Source: Thermococcus kodakarensis KOD1 (lineage in GTDB: Archaea > Methanobacteriota_B > Thermococci > Thermococcales > Thermococcaceae). Taken from it: 32,000 nt of DNA. Both the position numbers and the translations under genes were made by a program. The notes beneath the pieces were generated by a model. The model saw only the letters and a list, made by a program, of their open reading frames with translations. It did not search any database and was not told the DNA's origin. The DNA lies in contig NC_006624.1 of assembly GCF_000009965.1 (NCBI RefSeq), forward strand, positions 1,230,001 through 1,262,000. The letters are read 5' to 3'. How positions within the stretch are numbered: position 1 is the stretch's first letter; each line of letters opens with the position of its first letter. Below are positions 16,180 to 24,243 of the stretch, in pieces.

Positions 16180-17004
16180 TTAATCCCTGATGAACTCAAG
16201 TCCCAGCTCCTCCGCAACTGCCCTCGCCATCTGTCGGGTCTCCCCTTTGCTACCCTTCCAGTCAACGTAGATTGCATCAACGCGCTCGGCTGTTCTCTCG
16301 ATGGCCTTTAGGAGGAGCTCCTTGCTGAGGGGATGTGCATATTTTGGGGCTATGTGCCCAAACGCCAGATCTGTCTGAAGTGCCCTCTTTGTCTGCTTCG
16401 GTGCATAGTGCCCCCCGCCAATACCAACGGCGACCTTGAACTTCGAATTCTGATAGTTCTCAAGGACGTATATTATGGTTTCGGCTACAATCTCGCCGGC
16501 CCTATCGTTGACCCATTCTTCCTCGCTCGAACCGATCTCTATGAAAAAGCTTGGCACATCAAGCTCGCTTGGCCCGTGGTGGGTTGCCTCGTAGCAGACA
16601 GTCCATCCAAGGTCATTCAGTTCATTCATCTTAAGCAGAGCAAGCTTCATAGCACTTGGCTGTGCTATTGCAAGGCTTTCATCCTTCCCGCCGTAAAGGG
16701 CTCCTCCCCAGTTTCCTGTCACGTGGGTCGTAAGGGCTGGGAGTTTCTGTTTGCTGGAGTGCCTGGAGGCAAATGCTATAATCTCGGGCTTTATTCCAGT
16801 CTGACGCTCGATAGCCCTATCGAGGCCATCATAGTAAATCATCTCCTGATTGGTTGTCAGTATCACTACATCATCCTTCTGGTACACTGGATTGCCATCA
16901 AAGAGGAGTTCATCCTCTTTAAAACCAAAGTTCTCGATGAGCTTCTCCCTGATGTTCATTGACGCGAGATCTACTTTTGTAGTCATCACAACTTTCATTT
17001 TCAA
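16180..17004 (-). CDS. dtdA: archaeal D-aminoacyl-tRNA deacylase (DTD2 / DtdA)
   Basis: MK(MK)[26 protein letters not shown]... is about 270 aa and matches my recollection of the Pyrococcus DtdA family. The start could be the second ATG at 16998. Confidence 0.8.
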   Translation of the reverse strand: MKMKVVMTTKVDLASMNIREKLIENFGFKEDELLFDGNPVYQKDDVVILTTNQEMIYYDGLDRAIERQTGIKPEIIAFASRHSSKQKLPALTTHVTGNWGGALYGGKDESLAIAQPSAMKLALLKMNELNDLGWTVCYEATHHGPSELDVPSFFIEIGSSEEEWVNDRAGEIVAETIIYVLENYQNSKFKVAVGIGGGHYAPKQTKRALQTDLAFGHIAPKYAHPLSKELLLKAIERTAERVDAIYVDWKGSKGETRQMARAVAEELGLEFIRD

Positions 17005-17047
17005 AACACCTCAAAAAGAAGAGGGAACCTGTTTAATAGCGTTTCCT

Positions 17048-17227
17048 TCAACGTCCAGATGACGTCATATTCTTGAGGATCTCCGATATTTCCTTAGTAG
17101 TCTGGTTGATTTGTACTGCCACGTTCTGTGCAACTTCATGAACGTACCTGATAGTAATCGTGACCATAATAAGGGCCAATGCGACCATGAATAGGTATTC
17201 CAAGGCTCCCTGTGCGCGTCTCATCAT
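17048..17227 (-). CDS. small class III (type IV pilin-like) signal-peptide protein
   Basis: MMRRAQGALEYLFMVALALIMVTITI has a basic N-terminus, a Q/G cleavage-type motif and then a hydrophobic helix. GGGGTGAG RBS. The tracked upstream extension lacks support. Confidence 0.6.
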   Translation of the reverse strand: MMRRAQGALEYLFMVALALIMVTITIRYVHEVAQNVAVQINQTTKEISEILKNMTSSGR

Positions 17228-17307
17228 TTTACTCACCCCACATAAATAAAATGGGGTAGGAATATATAACCCTTTGGTATAAAAACCCAAGTAAATAACT
17301 CAATCAA

Positions 17308-18516
17308 CTAGTACAGCATTACCTCGAAGCCAAGTTCACTCAGCAGGTCTGAAAGCTCCTCCGGGTCAACATAGGCTAAGAGATGGTGATTCCCGAGCGT
17401 GCCATCAACGAATTCTGGAGCGTCCTCAAGTTTCAGCCTTACTTGCGTCCTGCACCGCGACTCAAGGAACTCGTTGCCCTCAACTTCAACTCCAGCAACA
17501 ACCGCATGTCTCCCGCGTATCTTGAAAAGGGTAGCCTTGCCAGGAGGGAACTCAACAGCAACACCGACTCCCCTGCCGCTCTCAAAGTGAGTTCTAAGGA
17601 CGTACTTTGACACCAGGGGTGCCGTACAGTGGGCGATGACCACGTGGTTTTCGTCGAAATCTGCGAGATTACCCATAAATGCAGGTTCATCAAAGAACTT
17701 CCGGATTATCATCATGCCAATCAGGGCGTTGAGTTCACCCTCGCATGCAGCGGGGATGCCCTGGGCATTGAACATGGCAAGGGCAAGGCAGGGTGTAGTT
17801 CCAATCTTCCCGATAAGGTCAAAGCACCCAACTGTAAAGCCCTTAAGATGATAGTCTTCAAGAATGCGCTTTATGGCAACGTACACCCGTCCAGCCTTTG
17901 CAAGAGACTCCCTATCTGGCTCCTTAATTTCCTCAGCGTTTTCAACGATTTCCTTAACGGCCTCCCAGCCTTCCTCAGCGGTTGTCTTCTCATAGTACTC
18001 ATAGAACTTTTTGAGGCTTATGTGGGTGTAAGGTATGTCCAGCTTCTCGTTTATCAGCCAGGGGGAAACCCTCCCTATAAGGCCTATTCTGGCTCTAAGA
18101 AACCTGTCGAGAACATCTTTCATATCATCATACGCAAGGAGAGCAGCTTTAAGCTCCTCCGAACTCTTCACAACGGTGGAGGGAATTAGCCTGTCCCTGA
18201 AGTACTCCCTGAGTTCGATTGCGGCTGCAAGGGAGTTGTTGAAAGGGTTCCCGTAAAATACAGTTGGACGCCTAAACACGGAAAACTCCTTGAGAAATCC
18301 CTCCGTCCCACCCGTCAGAGGGAACAGAACCAGAGCGTCAACATCGTTGAAGTTTATCTTCTCTTTCAGCTTTCTGAAGTCGCTCCTTGACTGGATTATT
18401 TCCCCACCAACAACATCAAAATCTTGCTCAAGTACTCTAACAAAGTTCGCCGCCTCTTCTCTAAAAGCCTCAGGGCTTGCGAGTTCACTGACTCCAAAAA
18501 CGAGACCGACCTTCAT
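17308..18516 (-). CDS. conserved hypothetical protein, possibly L-fucose/L-arabinose isomerase-like fold
   Basis: The start was moved to ATG 18516 (MKVGLVFGVSE...). The Rossmann-like N-terminal half and the C-terminal GNLADFDENHVVIAHCTAP segment recall COG2407-type sugar isomerases. This assignment is from memory only. Confidence 0.4.
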   Translation of the reverse strand: MKVGLVFGVSELASPEAFREEAANFVRVLEQDFDVVGGEIIQSRSDFRKLKEKINFNDVDALVLFPLTGGTEGFLKEFSVFRRPTVFYGNPFNNSLAAAIELREYFRDRLIPSTVVKSSEELKAALLAYDDMKDVLDRFLRARIGLIGRVSPWLINEKLDIPYTHISLKKFYEYYEKTTAEEGWEAVKEIVENAEEIKEPDRESLAKAGRVYVAIKRILEDYHLKGFTVGCFDLIGKIGTTPCLALAMFNAQGIPAACEGELNALIGMMIIRKFFDEPAFMGNLADFDENHVVIAHCTAPLVSKYVLRTHFESGRGVGVAVEFPPGKATLFKIRGRHAVVAGVEVEGNEFLESRCRTQVRLKLEDAPEFVDGTLGNHHLLAYVDPEELSDLLSELGFEVMLY

Positions 18517-18568
18517 CGAATCACCCAGATTTTTAAGGGAGAGCACCTTAAATAAAGTTGTGGTGGGC
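18517..18568. promoter_or_regulatory. divergent promoter spacer
   Basis: The 52-nt spacer holds the TATA-like elements TTTTTAAGG (plus-strand text) and CCTTAAATAAAG, and GGTGGG precedes the ATG at 18569. Confidence 0.45.
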
Positions 18569-19165
18569 ATGAAGTTCGTCCTCGATACCAGCATATTCGT
18601 GAATCCCGAGGTCAGAAAGAACTTCGGGGATAATCCCACAGAGGCCATGAAGACCTTCCTGAGCTATGCCGAGAAGCTCTTCGGTAAGGTCGAGTTCTAC
18701 ATGCCACCAGGGATATACAGGGAGGTCATGCATTTCGTCGACAGCGAAGAGCTAAGGCCCGCAATAGAGCTGTACATCATCAAAAAGCCCCCAAACGTCC
18801 ACGAGTTGAAGATACCGGCCTTCGTTGTTTACGAGCTTATAGAGGATATCCGGCGGAGGATAGACAAGGGGCTCAGAGTGGCAGAAAAGGCCGTGAGGGA
18901 GAGCGTACTGGACACCGACAACGTGGACAACATAATTCAAAAGCTGAGGAGGAACTACCGGAGGGCGTTGAGGGAAGGAATCGTTGACAGCAAGGAGGAC
19001 TTTGAGCTTATACTCCTGGCGATGGAGCTCGACGCCACCATAGTGTCAGCGGACGTTGGGATACTCACCTGGGCACAGAAGATGGGGATAAAATGGGTGG
19101 ACTCATCCGTGTTCAGGGAGGTTCTCGAGGGACTCGTTGAGAAGCTCGAAGGGAAAAATTTATAA
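18569..19165 (+). CDS. PIN-domain protein of the HARP family (homolog of Aquifex RNA-free RNase P; formerly UPF0278)
   Basis: 199 aa starting MKFVLDTSIFVNPEVR... (PIN acidic motif LDTS), with ...ATIVSADVGILTWAQKMG near the C-terminus. Size and motifs fit HARP as I recall it. The tracked 18290 start is antisense-overlap noise. Confidence 0.7.
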   Translation: MKFVLDTSIFVNPEVRKNFGDNPTEAMKTFLSYAEKLFGKVEFYMPPGIYREVMHFVDSEELRPAIELYIIKKPPNVHELKIPAFVVYELIEDIRRRIDKGLRVAEKAVRESVLDTDNVDNIIQKLRRNYRRALREGIVDSKEDFELILLAMELDATIVSADVGILTWAQKMGIKWVDSSVFREVLEGLVEKLEGKNL

Positions 19166-19166
19166 A
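19159..19166 (+). promoter_or_regulatory. TATA box (with A-rich BRE) of tRNA-Thr, overlapping the HARP stop codon
   Basis: In GGAAAAATTTATAAAGG, the TTTATAAA ends 25 nt before the first tRNA base (19192). Confidence 0.7.
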
Positions 19167-19191
19167 GGCTCTTCGTCATCGTATCAACGAC

Positions 19192-19268
19192 GCCCCGGTG
19201 GCTCAGCCTGGTGGAGCGGCCGCTTGGTAAGCGGCAGGTCGCGGGTTCAAACCCCGCCCGGGGCTCCA
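19192..19268 (+). tRNA. tRNA-Thr (anticodon GGU), CCA encoded
   Basis: Acceptor GCCCCGG/CCGGGGC, D stem GCTC/GAGC, anticodon stem GCCGC/GCGGC with loop TT-GGT-AA, T arm GCGGG-TTCAAAC-CCCGC. A T4 run lies at 19276-19279. Confidence 0.93.
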
Positions 19269-19405
19269 CAACAGCTTTTCTGGGGACATACTCTAACACG
19301 ACATTTTTGAGGATCTAAGATGAAACTCCTGCTGTTCTTAAGGTTCTTCACGGGACAAGCGAAAAGCTTAAGAAGTACAGGCCATAATCAGCACCGCCGT
19401 CCTGG

Positions 19406-19483
19406 GGGGCCGTGGGGTAGCTTGGTCTATCCTGCGGGCTTTGGGAGCCCGTGACCCGGGTTCAAATCCCGGCGGCCCCACCA
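19406..19483 (+). tRNA. tRNA-Pro (anticodon UGG), CCA encoded
   Basis: Acceptor GGGGCCG/CGGCCCC, anticodon stem CGGGC/GCCCG with loop TT-TGG-GA, 4-nt variable loop, T arm CCGGG-TTCAAAT-CCCGG. A weak TATA-like AAGCTTAAGAA lies about 32 nt upstream. Confidence 0.9.
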
Positions 19484-20099
19484 TAGAAACTTTGCTGGGC
19501 AAAGTTTCATCAAAGAGGGAATGTCCTTTTGAGCGCCCTGTTTTCCAGTGATTCCCAGTATCAATTAGCAGTTTTCAAGGGGTTTGCTCACAGTATAACG
19601 CCCTTCGGGCGTTAAAAAAAGAAGAAAACCCACACTTCTCTGCCTATCTACCAAGAGAATAAAACCGAATCAAGCCAATTCTCAAAGACATTCGATCTTT
19701 TGGTGAAGCTTTTCCCAAAAGATTCCTGCGCGAAGTTTGATCAAGGTTCGTGGTTCCTTCCAAATTTGCCTTTCTACGAGGATTTTCACGATATGCAAGC
19801 CAAAGCGTTAGTGAATTTTTCAAACATGGTAAATAGAAAGGAGTTTTTCTCGCCTTGACGCCCTACAGGCGTCGATTAAAAAGCAAACTCACGGATAACA
19901 AACCCAATAAAAGCAGAATTCACAACTAGAAGACAGTTCTCTAAAGAAAATCCTCTCAAATGGGCATCATAAACAAGAACCACTAACTTTAATGAAACTT
20001 TGCCCTTCAAGCTTTTGGAAAAAGCTTGACCAAAAATTTGCCCTTCTTCTCGAACTTTGCTTATTGAGGAGCGTATGCTCTTCCAGAAAGCAAGTTCAC
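19484..20099. repeat. hairpin-rich non-coding module, copy 2 (homologous to 10931-11403, with an insertion of about 165 nt at 19783-19947)
   Basis: It shares the same junction with CCA (TAGAAACTTTGCTGGGCAAAGTTTCATCAAA). Hairpins lie at 19486-19508, 19596-19614, 19705-19725 (imperfect), 19857-19873 and 20008-20028. The tail CGTATGCTCTTCCAGAAAGCAAGTTCAC matches 11375-11403. Confidence 0.8.
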
Positions 20100-20286
20100 G
20101 CGGATTTAACCTCAAAGTTCCCTGTCGATTGTGATTTTTTTAACTTCGTTTTTAGTGCCCCTTGGGCACTATACGGTGATAAAATCCTTTTGAATCAGCC
20201 AATTGAAAGTAAACCCCTCATAAAACGAGCCTGTTTAAAAGAGCATACCAACTTTCCGCCAGCGCTTTCGTGAGAAAGGGCTGCTG

Positions 20287-20374
20287 TGGTGCGGGGGCGG
20301 GGATTTGAACCCCGGAACCCCTGCGGGACGGGACCCTAAATCCCGCGCCTTTGGCCAGGCTCGGCTACCCCCGC
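20287..20374 (-). tRNA. tRNA-Leu (anticodon UAG), type II with long variable arm, CCA encoded
   Basis: The reverse complement is GCGGGGG-TA-GCC...GGC-G-CGGGA-TT-TAG-GG-TCCCG, then a 14-nt variable arm, CGGGG-TTCAAAT-CCCCG, CCCCCGC-A-CCA. Confidence 0.92.
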
Positions 20375-20402
20375 ACTGCCCGATAGAACGAAAATTGTGG
20401 AA

Positions 20403-20410
20403 CTTATAAA
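20403..20410 (-). promoter_or_regulatory. TATA box of tRNA-Leu
   Basis: The minus strand reads AAATTTATAAGTT, ending about 28 nt upstream of tRNA base 1. Confidence 0.65.
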
Positions 20411-20425
20411 TTTAACCCAGCTGGC

Positions 20426-20435
20426 AAAAAAGAAA
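20426..20435 (-). terminator. oligo-T terminator after rpiA
   Basis: The minus strand reads TGAACTTTCTTTTTTGCC directly after the stop at 20438. Confidence 0.6.
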
Positions 20436-20437
20436 GT

Positions 20438-21127
20438 TCACCTCTCCATTCTCTTAACGCCTTCTGGAGTCCCAACGAGGATTATGTCGGCGATGTCGGC
20501 GAATATTCCGTTCTCAACCACACCGGGTATTGTGTTAAGCTCGATTTCGAGGTCGAGCGGATCCTCGATGCGGGCGAACTTGGCGTCCAGTATGAAGTTG
20601 CCGTTGTCAGTAACGACCGGGCCGTCCTTTTTCACCGCCATTCTGAGCTCCGCTGTCGCGTTGAAGACCTCAAGTTCCTCAGCGATTGCCCTCCACGCGG
20701 CAGGTATGACCTCAATCGGCACGGGCATCTTCTGGCCCAGGTACTCAACGAGCTTGCTCTCATCGACCAGGACGATGAACATCCCGGCCCTATACTCGAT
20801 GATTTTTTCCATAGTGAGGGCAGCGCCGCGCCCCTTTATCAGGTTCATGTGCGGGTCAACTTCATCGGCCCCGTCCACGGCTATGTCTATTGCATCCACT
20901 TCGTCAAGGCTCACAACGGGAATTCCCGCCTCAAGGGCAAGAAGTCTGGCCTGGTGAGAAGTTGGAACGCCGTAAACGTCCTCAAGCTCCCCTTCCATGA
21001 GGAGCTTTCCGAGGTAATTGATAAAGTAGGCGGTCGTTGAGCCGGTCCCAAGCCCAACTACCATCTCATCCTCAATGAACTTGAGGGCCTCCTTGGCTAC
21101 GGCCTTTTTCATTTCTTCAACGTTCAT
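20438..21127 (-). CDS. rpiA: ribose-5-phosphate isomerase A
   Basis: KKAVAKEALKFIEDEMVVGLGTGSTTAYF and DGADEVD...LIKGRGAALTMEKI are RpiA signatures. Confidence 0.93.
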   Translation of the reverse strand: MNVEEMKKAVAKEALKFIEDEMVVGLGTGSTTAYFINYLGKLLMEGELEDVYGVPTSHQARLLALEAGIPVVSLDEVDAIDIAVDGADEVDPHMNLIKGRGAALTMEKIIEYRAGMFIVLVDESKLVEYLGQKMPVPIEVIPAAWRAIAEELEVFNATAELRMAVKKDGPVVTDNGNFILDAKFARIEDPLDLEIELNTIPGVVENGIFADIADIILVGTPEGVKRMER

Positions 21128-21131
21128 AAAA

Positions 21132-21500
21132 TCACCCCGTAATGTTGAAGACGCACTTTATTGAAGCGTTTCCACTTTCAACCATTTTGTAGAGCAGGCT
21201 CTGGTTTGAATAGCAGACTGGCTGGAAGTCCGTCACGAGGGTGTAGGTCATCATCGTGAAGAAGAGCCAGAACAGGAACCAGCCCCAGAAGGCCTTTCTG
21301 AGTATCATCCTCGGCTCGGGGATGTCCTCCGGAAGCTCCTTCACGACTGCCATCACGAACTTATCAACCAGAACGTACAGGAGAAAGCCCAGCAGCCAGC
21401 CGGCATCATTGTAATAAGCGAGCAGACCGCTGACTACCCCAGTGATTGCTCCCCACAGGTAAACAGTTAGCGAAAACTTGTGCTCGACCGTCAGCTTCAC
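21132..21500 (-). CDS. hypothetical membrane protein (GTG start), likely co-transcribed with rpiA
   Basis: Three hydrophobic segments. The stop lies 4 nt before the rpiA ATG. An AGGTGAG RBS and a TATA-like GTTTTAAAG lie upstream. Confidence 0.6.
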   Translation of the reverse strand: MKLTVEHKFSLTVYLWGAITGVVSGLLAYYNDAGWLLGFLLYVLVDKFVMAVVKELPEDIPEPRMILRKAFWGWFLFWLFFTMMTYTLVTDFQPVCYSNQSLLYKMVESGNASIKCVFNITG

Positions 21501-21570
21501 TCTCTCTCACCTAAAGCCAATTGTCTTGGGTGGGCTTTAAAACCTTTCCCGAAGAGAAAAAGAAGAGGAA

Positions 21571-23517
21571 TCACTTGAGCCTTATGGCATCTAGGTTGTT
21601 GGGAGCGCGTGTTGAGATACCGAACTTCTTGTGGATGCTGGAACTGAGGTCGAGGCACTTGTGGGCCTCTCCGTGGACGGTTATTATCCTCTCCGGCCTT
21701 GGCCTCACCCTTGCCACGTAGCTCATGAGCTCCCTCCTGTCGGCGTGGCCCGAGAAGCCGTCTATCGTGTGGACTTCCATGTTGACGTTGATAACCTCGG
21801 TTCTGCCGTCCTCGCCGACTATGGGTATCTCGCGAAGTCCCCTCTGAACCTGCCTTCCGAGGGTTCCCTCGGCCTGGTAGCTGACGAAGATTATGCTGTT
21901 CTTCGGGTCCGGTGCGAGCTGCTTGAAGTACTCAACGCTCGGCCCGCCGACGAGCATACCAGAGGTCGCTATGATTATGGCCGGCTCTCCTGAGTCTATT
22001 ATGTCCTGCCTCTCCCTGCTGTTGGCGACACTCTTGAATATCGGGTTCAGGAACGGGTTGTAGCCTTCGTGGAATATCTGCTCGCGGATGTGCTTGCTGA
22101 GGTACTCCGGATAGGCAGTGTGGATTGCCGTTGCCTCCCAGATCATTCCGTCGAGGTAAATAGGAACTTCTATTCCACCGACGCGGGCGTACTCCTCGAG
22201 GACCATCATTATCTCCTGCGCCCTACCAACCGCCATCGCCGGGATGAGCACCTTACCTCCGCGCTTCAGCGTCTGGTGAATTACCTCTATAAGCCTCTTC
22301 TCAGCTTCCTCACGCGGCATCTGGTAGTCGTTGCTTCCACCGTAGGTTGACTCCATGACAAGGGTCTCCAGGCGCGGGAACCTGCTCACCGCCGGTTCAA
22401 AGAGCCTCGTCGGTATGAACTTGAAGTCGCCGGTTATGGCTATGTTGTGGAGGCCGTTGCCTATGTGGAGGTGAACTATCGATGAACCCAGAATGTGACC
22501 CGCGTTGTGGAGGGTGAGTCTTATGTCGGGCGCTATGTCCCTGACCTCGCCGTAGTCAAGGGTTATCGTGTGCTTTATGACCTCCTTGATGTCCTTCGGC
22601 CTGTAGAGAGGCTCAACGCCGTTCATGTGCTGTATCTCGATGAAATCCTGCTGGAGGAGGGTCATCAGGTCCCTGGTTGGAGGCGTTGTGTATATCGGCC
22701 CGTCGAAGAGCTTGTAGCGGAAGAGATACGGCAGCATTCCGCTGTGGTCGAGGTGGGCGTGGGTGATAATTATTGCATCAAGAAGGCCCTCGTCAAGAAC
22801 GTACCTGAACTCTGGAGCGTCAAAGTGTGGATAAGCCTTTGTCGGATCCTTGAGGGCGGCAATATTAACACCGAAATCCACCAGAACGTAGCTCTCGTCG
22901 GTCTGGACGAGGAGAGCACTTCTACCTACCTCTCGGAAGCCTCCGAGACCCGTTATTCTTATCCATCTGCTCTTGTACTCGGACTTCCTGTAGATGTTCC
23001 TTCCGACCTGCCTCAGGAACTTCCTTCTGTCCTTGCTCTCAGTCTGGAGGATACTCCTTATCGAGTATATGGTCTGGCTCTGTATTGGAGGTGTCCTCAC
23101 AACCCTCGGTGCCCAGTGAACTTTCTGGGTGATGAGCCTGAGGGTCTCTCCGTTCTTTCCAATTACGAGACCGGGTTTCCTGGCCTCAATGAGGACTTCA
23201 CCAACAGACGGATCAAAGCTTATGTTGGTTATCTCTGCCTCCGGTGGAACAAGCTGCTTTATCAGTTCCTCGGCCTTCTCTGGAGGCAGTAGAATGTCGG
23301 GATCCGGGCGGACGCTTATGCGCTTTTTGAGGACTTTGGCGAGGTTTTTAATCAGCTCACCGTCCTTCATCATGGCCTCAGGGTTCTTGACGTATATGAC
23401 AAGCTCCGGCCCTTCGAACTCAACGTCGGTAATCCCTGCTTCCCTTGGGACCATTTGGACTATTATCTCCCTGATTTCCTTGAGAATATCGTCAACAAAA
23501 GTTTCACGGCGTATCAT
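21571..23517 (-). CDS. fttA: aCPSF1 / FttA: KH-domain beta-CASP metallo-beta-lactamase ribonuclease (transcription termination factor)
   Basis: Two N-terminal KH-like domains, the MBL motif ITHAHLDHSG, a beta-CASP region and a C-terminal GHADRREL. 648 aa, typical of aCPSF1. Confidence 0.93.
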   Translation of the reverse strand: MIRRETFVDDILKEIREIIVQMVPREAGITDVEFEGPELVIYVKNPEAMMKDGELIKNLAKVLKKRISVRPDPDILLPPEKAEELIKQLVPPEAEITNISFDPSVGEVLIEARKPGLVIGKNGETLRLITQKVHWAPRVVRTPPIQSQTIYSIRSILQTESKDRRKFLRQVGRNIYRKSEYKSRWIRITGLGGFREVGRSALLVQTDESYVLVDFGVNIAALKDPTKAYPHFDAPEFRYVLDEGLLDAIIITHAHLDHSGMLPYLFRYKLFDGPIYTTPPTRDLMTLLQQDFIEIQHMNGVEPLYRPKDIKEVIKHTITLDYGEVRDIAPDIRLTLHNAGHILGSSIVHLHIGNGLHNIAITGDFKFIPTRLFEPAVSRFPRLETLVMESTYGGSNDYQMPREEAEKRLIEVIHQTLKRGGKVLIPAMAVGRAQEIMMVLEEYARVGGIEVPIYLDGMIWEATAIHTAYPEYLSKHIREQIFHEGYNPFLNPIFKSVANSRERQDIIDSGEPAIIIATSGMLVGGPSVEYFKQLAPDPKNSIIFVSYQAEGTLGRQVQRGLREIPIVGEDGRTEVINVNMEVHTIDGFSGHADRRELMSYVARVRPRPERIITVHGEAHKCLDLSSSIHKKFGISTRAPNNLDAIRLK

Positions 23518-23526
23518 AGAACCACC

Positions 23527-24138
23527 TCACTCAAGAAGAGACTTCAGCTCCTCCTCACTCCACTCACGGTAGCCCTCCTCAGTTATCGTTACGAGAGTAA
23601 CGCCACCACCCGTGAAAACATCCCTTTTTGTGGCGGCCTTGATGGCCCTGAGAGCGAGCTTAACACCTTCCTCAAGGGGAATACCATCACGATAGTTCTC
23701 CTCCAGAACGGAGAACGCAAACTCCATACCAGAACCAGCAGCTGTAAAGCGGTCTTCAGTTACACCACCCGCAGCATCTATGGAGTACAGCCTCGGGGCG
23801 GAGTCATAGCCACCGACGAGGAACCACGCCATATAGGCGAAACCCCTGCCGCTGTGGAGTATGTTCGATGTAAGGGTCGCAAGTGCCTTAACGCTCATCT
23901 CCCTGCTGACCTTTGCACGGTAGAGTTTTGCCTCAGCCCTGAGCAGTCTGACGAGGCTGAGGATATCCCCGACCGTTCCAGCTCCGGCTATCGCCAGGTG
24001 GTCGTCTATCTGGAACACCTTCGTTACCCTTTCAGAGAGCACCATGTTGCCGAGCGATGCCCTCCTGTCGGCCGCTAGCACTACGCCGTCCTTACATACA
24101 ATACCGACGGTGGTGGTACCCTTTAGCTTCTCAGTCAA
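23527..24138 (-). CDS. psmB: proteasome beta subunit (TTG start, short propeptide)
   Basis: (M)TEKLKG|[21 protein letters not shown] has the catalytic Thr after the propeptide. TTG 24138 is preceded by AGGGGTG. The tracked 329-aa form runs over the divergent gene and has no support. Confidence 0.85.
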   Translation of the reverse strand: MTEKLKGTTTVGIVCKDGVVLAADRRASLGNMVLSERVTKVFQIDDHLAIAGAGTVGDILSLVRLLRAEAKLYRAKVSREMSVKALATLTSNILHSGRGFAYMAWFLVGGYDSAPRLYSIDAAGGVTEDRFTAAGSGMEFAFSVLEENYRDGIPLEEGVKLALRAIKAATKRDVFTGGGVTLVTITEEGYREWSEEELKSLLE

Positions 24139-24243
24139 ACTACAACACCCCTGGATTTGGTTTTTAGAATAGAAGAACCTCTGAAGGGCCTTTAGGGAAA
24201 GAGTATTTAAAGGTTTCGCCAAATTCTGGAGGGGTGTGCTGAA

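Noticed and set aside
19269-19338. Inverted repeat AACAGC...GCTGTT between tRNA-Thr and tRNA-Pro, considered as a small RNA
   Set aside because: It contains no box motifs and has weak 6-bp arms. The T4 run at 19276-19279 lies inside it, which is more simply read as the tRNA-Thr terminator region.
19484-20286. Intact integrated virus or plasmid between tRNA-Pro and tRNA-Leu
   Set aside because: The gap is only about 800 bp and has no integrase or any credible ORF. ORFs 19876-20115 and 19992-20273 are AT-rich, lack an RBS and are not conserved in copy 1. I found no duplicated tRNA 3' segment (att) by eye. A decayed remnant is still possible and is treated under findings.
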